A stretch of DNA of 64,000 bases from positions 32,001 through 96,000 of the forward strand of contig CAWJMT010000001.1 of the NCBI GenBank assembly GCA_963844035.1. The letters run 5' to 3'. The position numbers and the translations under genes are program-made. The notes under the pieces are model-generated. The model was not told the origin of the DNA. It did not search any database and saw nothing but the letters and a program-made list of their open reading frames with translations. Position 1 is the stretch's first letter. Every line of letters begins with the position of its first letter. Source of the DNA: an uncultured Gemmatimonadales bacterium (GTDB taxonomy: Bacteria > Gemmatimonadota > Gemmatimonadetes > Gemmatimonadales > GWC2-71-9). Positions 63,800 through 64,000 of this stretch are shown in pieces.

Positions 63800-64000
63800 G
63801 CCGCTGCCGCTGGCGAGCGACTTCCTCACGGAGCTGCAGCGGCACGTGGCCGAGGGGCTCGCGAAAATCGACCCGCACCATCGCCTGCTCGGCCGGCCGG
63901 TCGGATACCGCATCATCGCCGGTCAGGCGGTCGAGATCACGTTCCGTGACGTTCCGGGAATCGCCGAAGCGGAACTGCTCGGCCTCAAGCGACTCATCGG
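63792..64000 (+). CDS. Hypothetical protein (3' partial)
   Basis: ATG overlaps the queG end; frame stays open to the window edge (MSEPLPLASDFLTELQ...). Confidence 0.5.
   Translation, partial: MSEPLPLASDFLTELQRHVAEGLAKIDPHHRLLGRPVGYRIIAGQAVEITFRDVPGIAEAELLGLKRLI

Noticed and set aside
1..64000. Widespread frameshifts read as pseudogenisation or programmed frameshifting
   Set aside because: 1-nt indels hit many unrelated genes (lon, fadJ, pit, lhr, E1) while motifs on both sides stay intact and I saw no in-frame nonsense codons. This fits long-read consensus error best.

Overview
GC-rich bacterial chromosomal window, about 51 genes, densely coding. The gene repertoire and short-repeat style suggest a Gemmatimonadota-like organism, but that is inference only. 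Many genes carry 1-nt indels that look like long-read assembly errors, so I reconstructed CDS limits across the frame changes. I saw no tRNA, rRNA, CRISPR array, transposase or prophage. Contents: phosphate and amino-acid transport (pit, DUF47, APC permease); pheA; a DNA-damage neighbourhood (SplB/Rv2578c-like radical SAM, DUF72, imuB, a stand-alone ImuB C-terminal domain, dnaE2, Fpg/Nei, Lhr); msrA; a desaturase; ispH; an HrpB-like helicase; an MCP; OmpA; peptidases; a swivel-first aconitase-family enzyme; TrmB and TetR regulators; lon; a Ser/Thr kinase; a fused E1 dehydrogenase; rsgA; proline dehydrogenase; fadIJ; glpD; a LOG / deoxyhypusine-synthase-like / ATP-grasp / multi-zinc-ribbon metallopeptidase operon; and queG. 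The strongest signal is an exact 20-bp motif, CTTCGGGATATATTCGGGTC (direct repeat TTCGGG-N5-TTCGGG), overlapping the -10 box of both DNA-damage transcription units; it is a candidate lineage-specific SOS/LexA-type operator. Also notable: in-frame heptamer-repeat hairpins inside imuB and dnaE2, a DExH helicase with apparently permuted motifs, an SD-sequestering leader on the desaturase, and the ligase/peptidase/polyamine operon.
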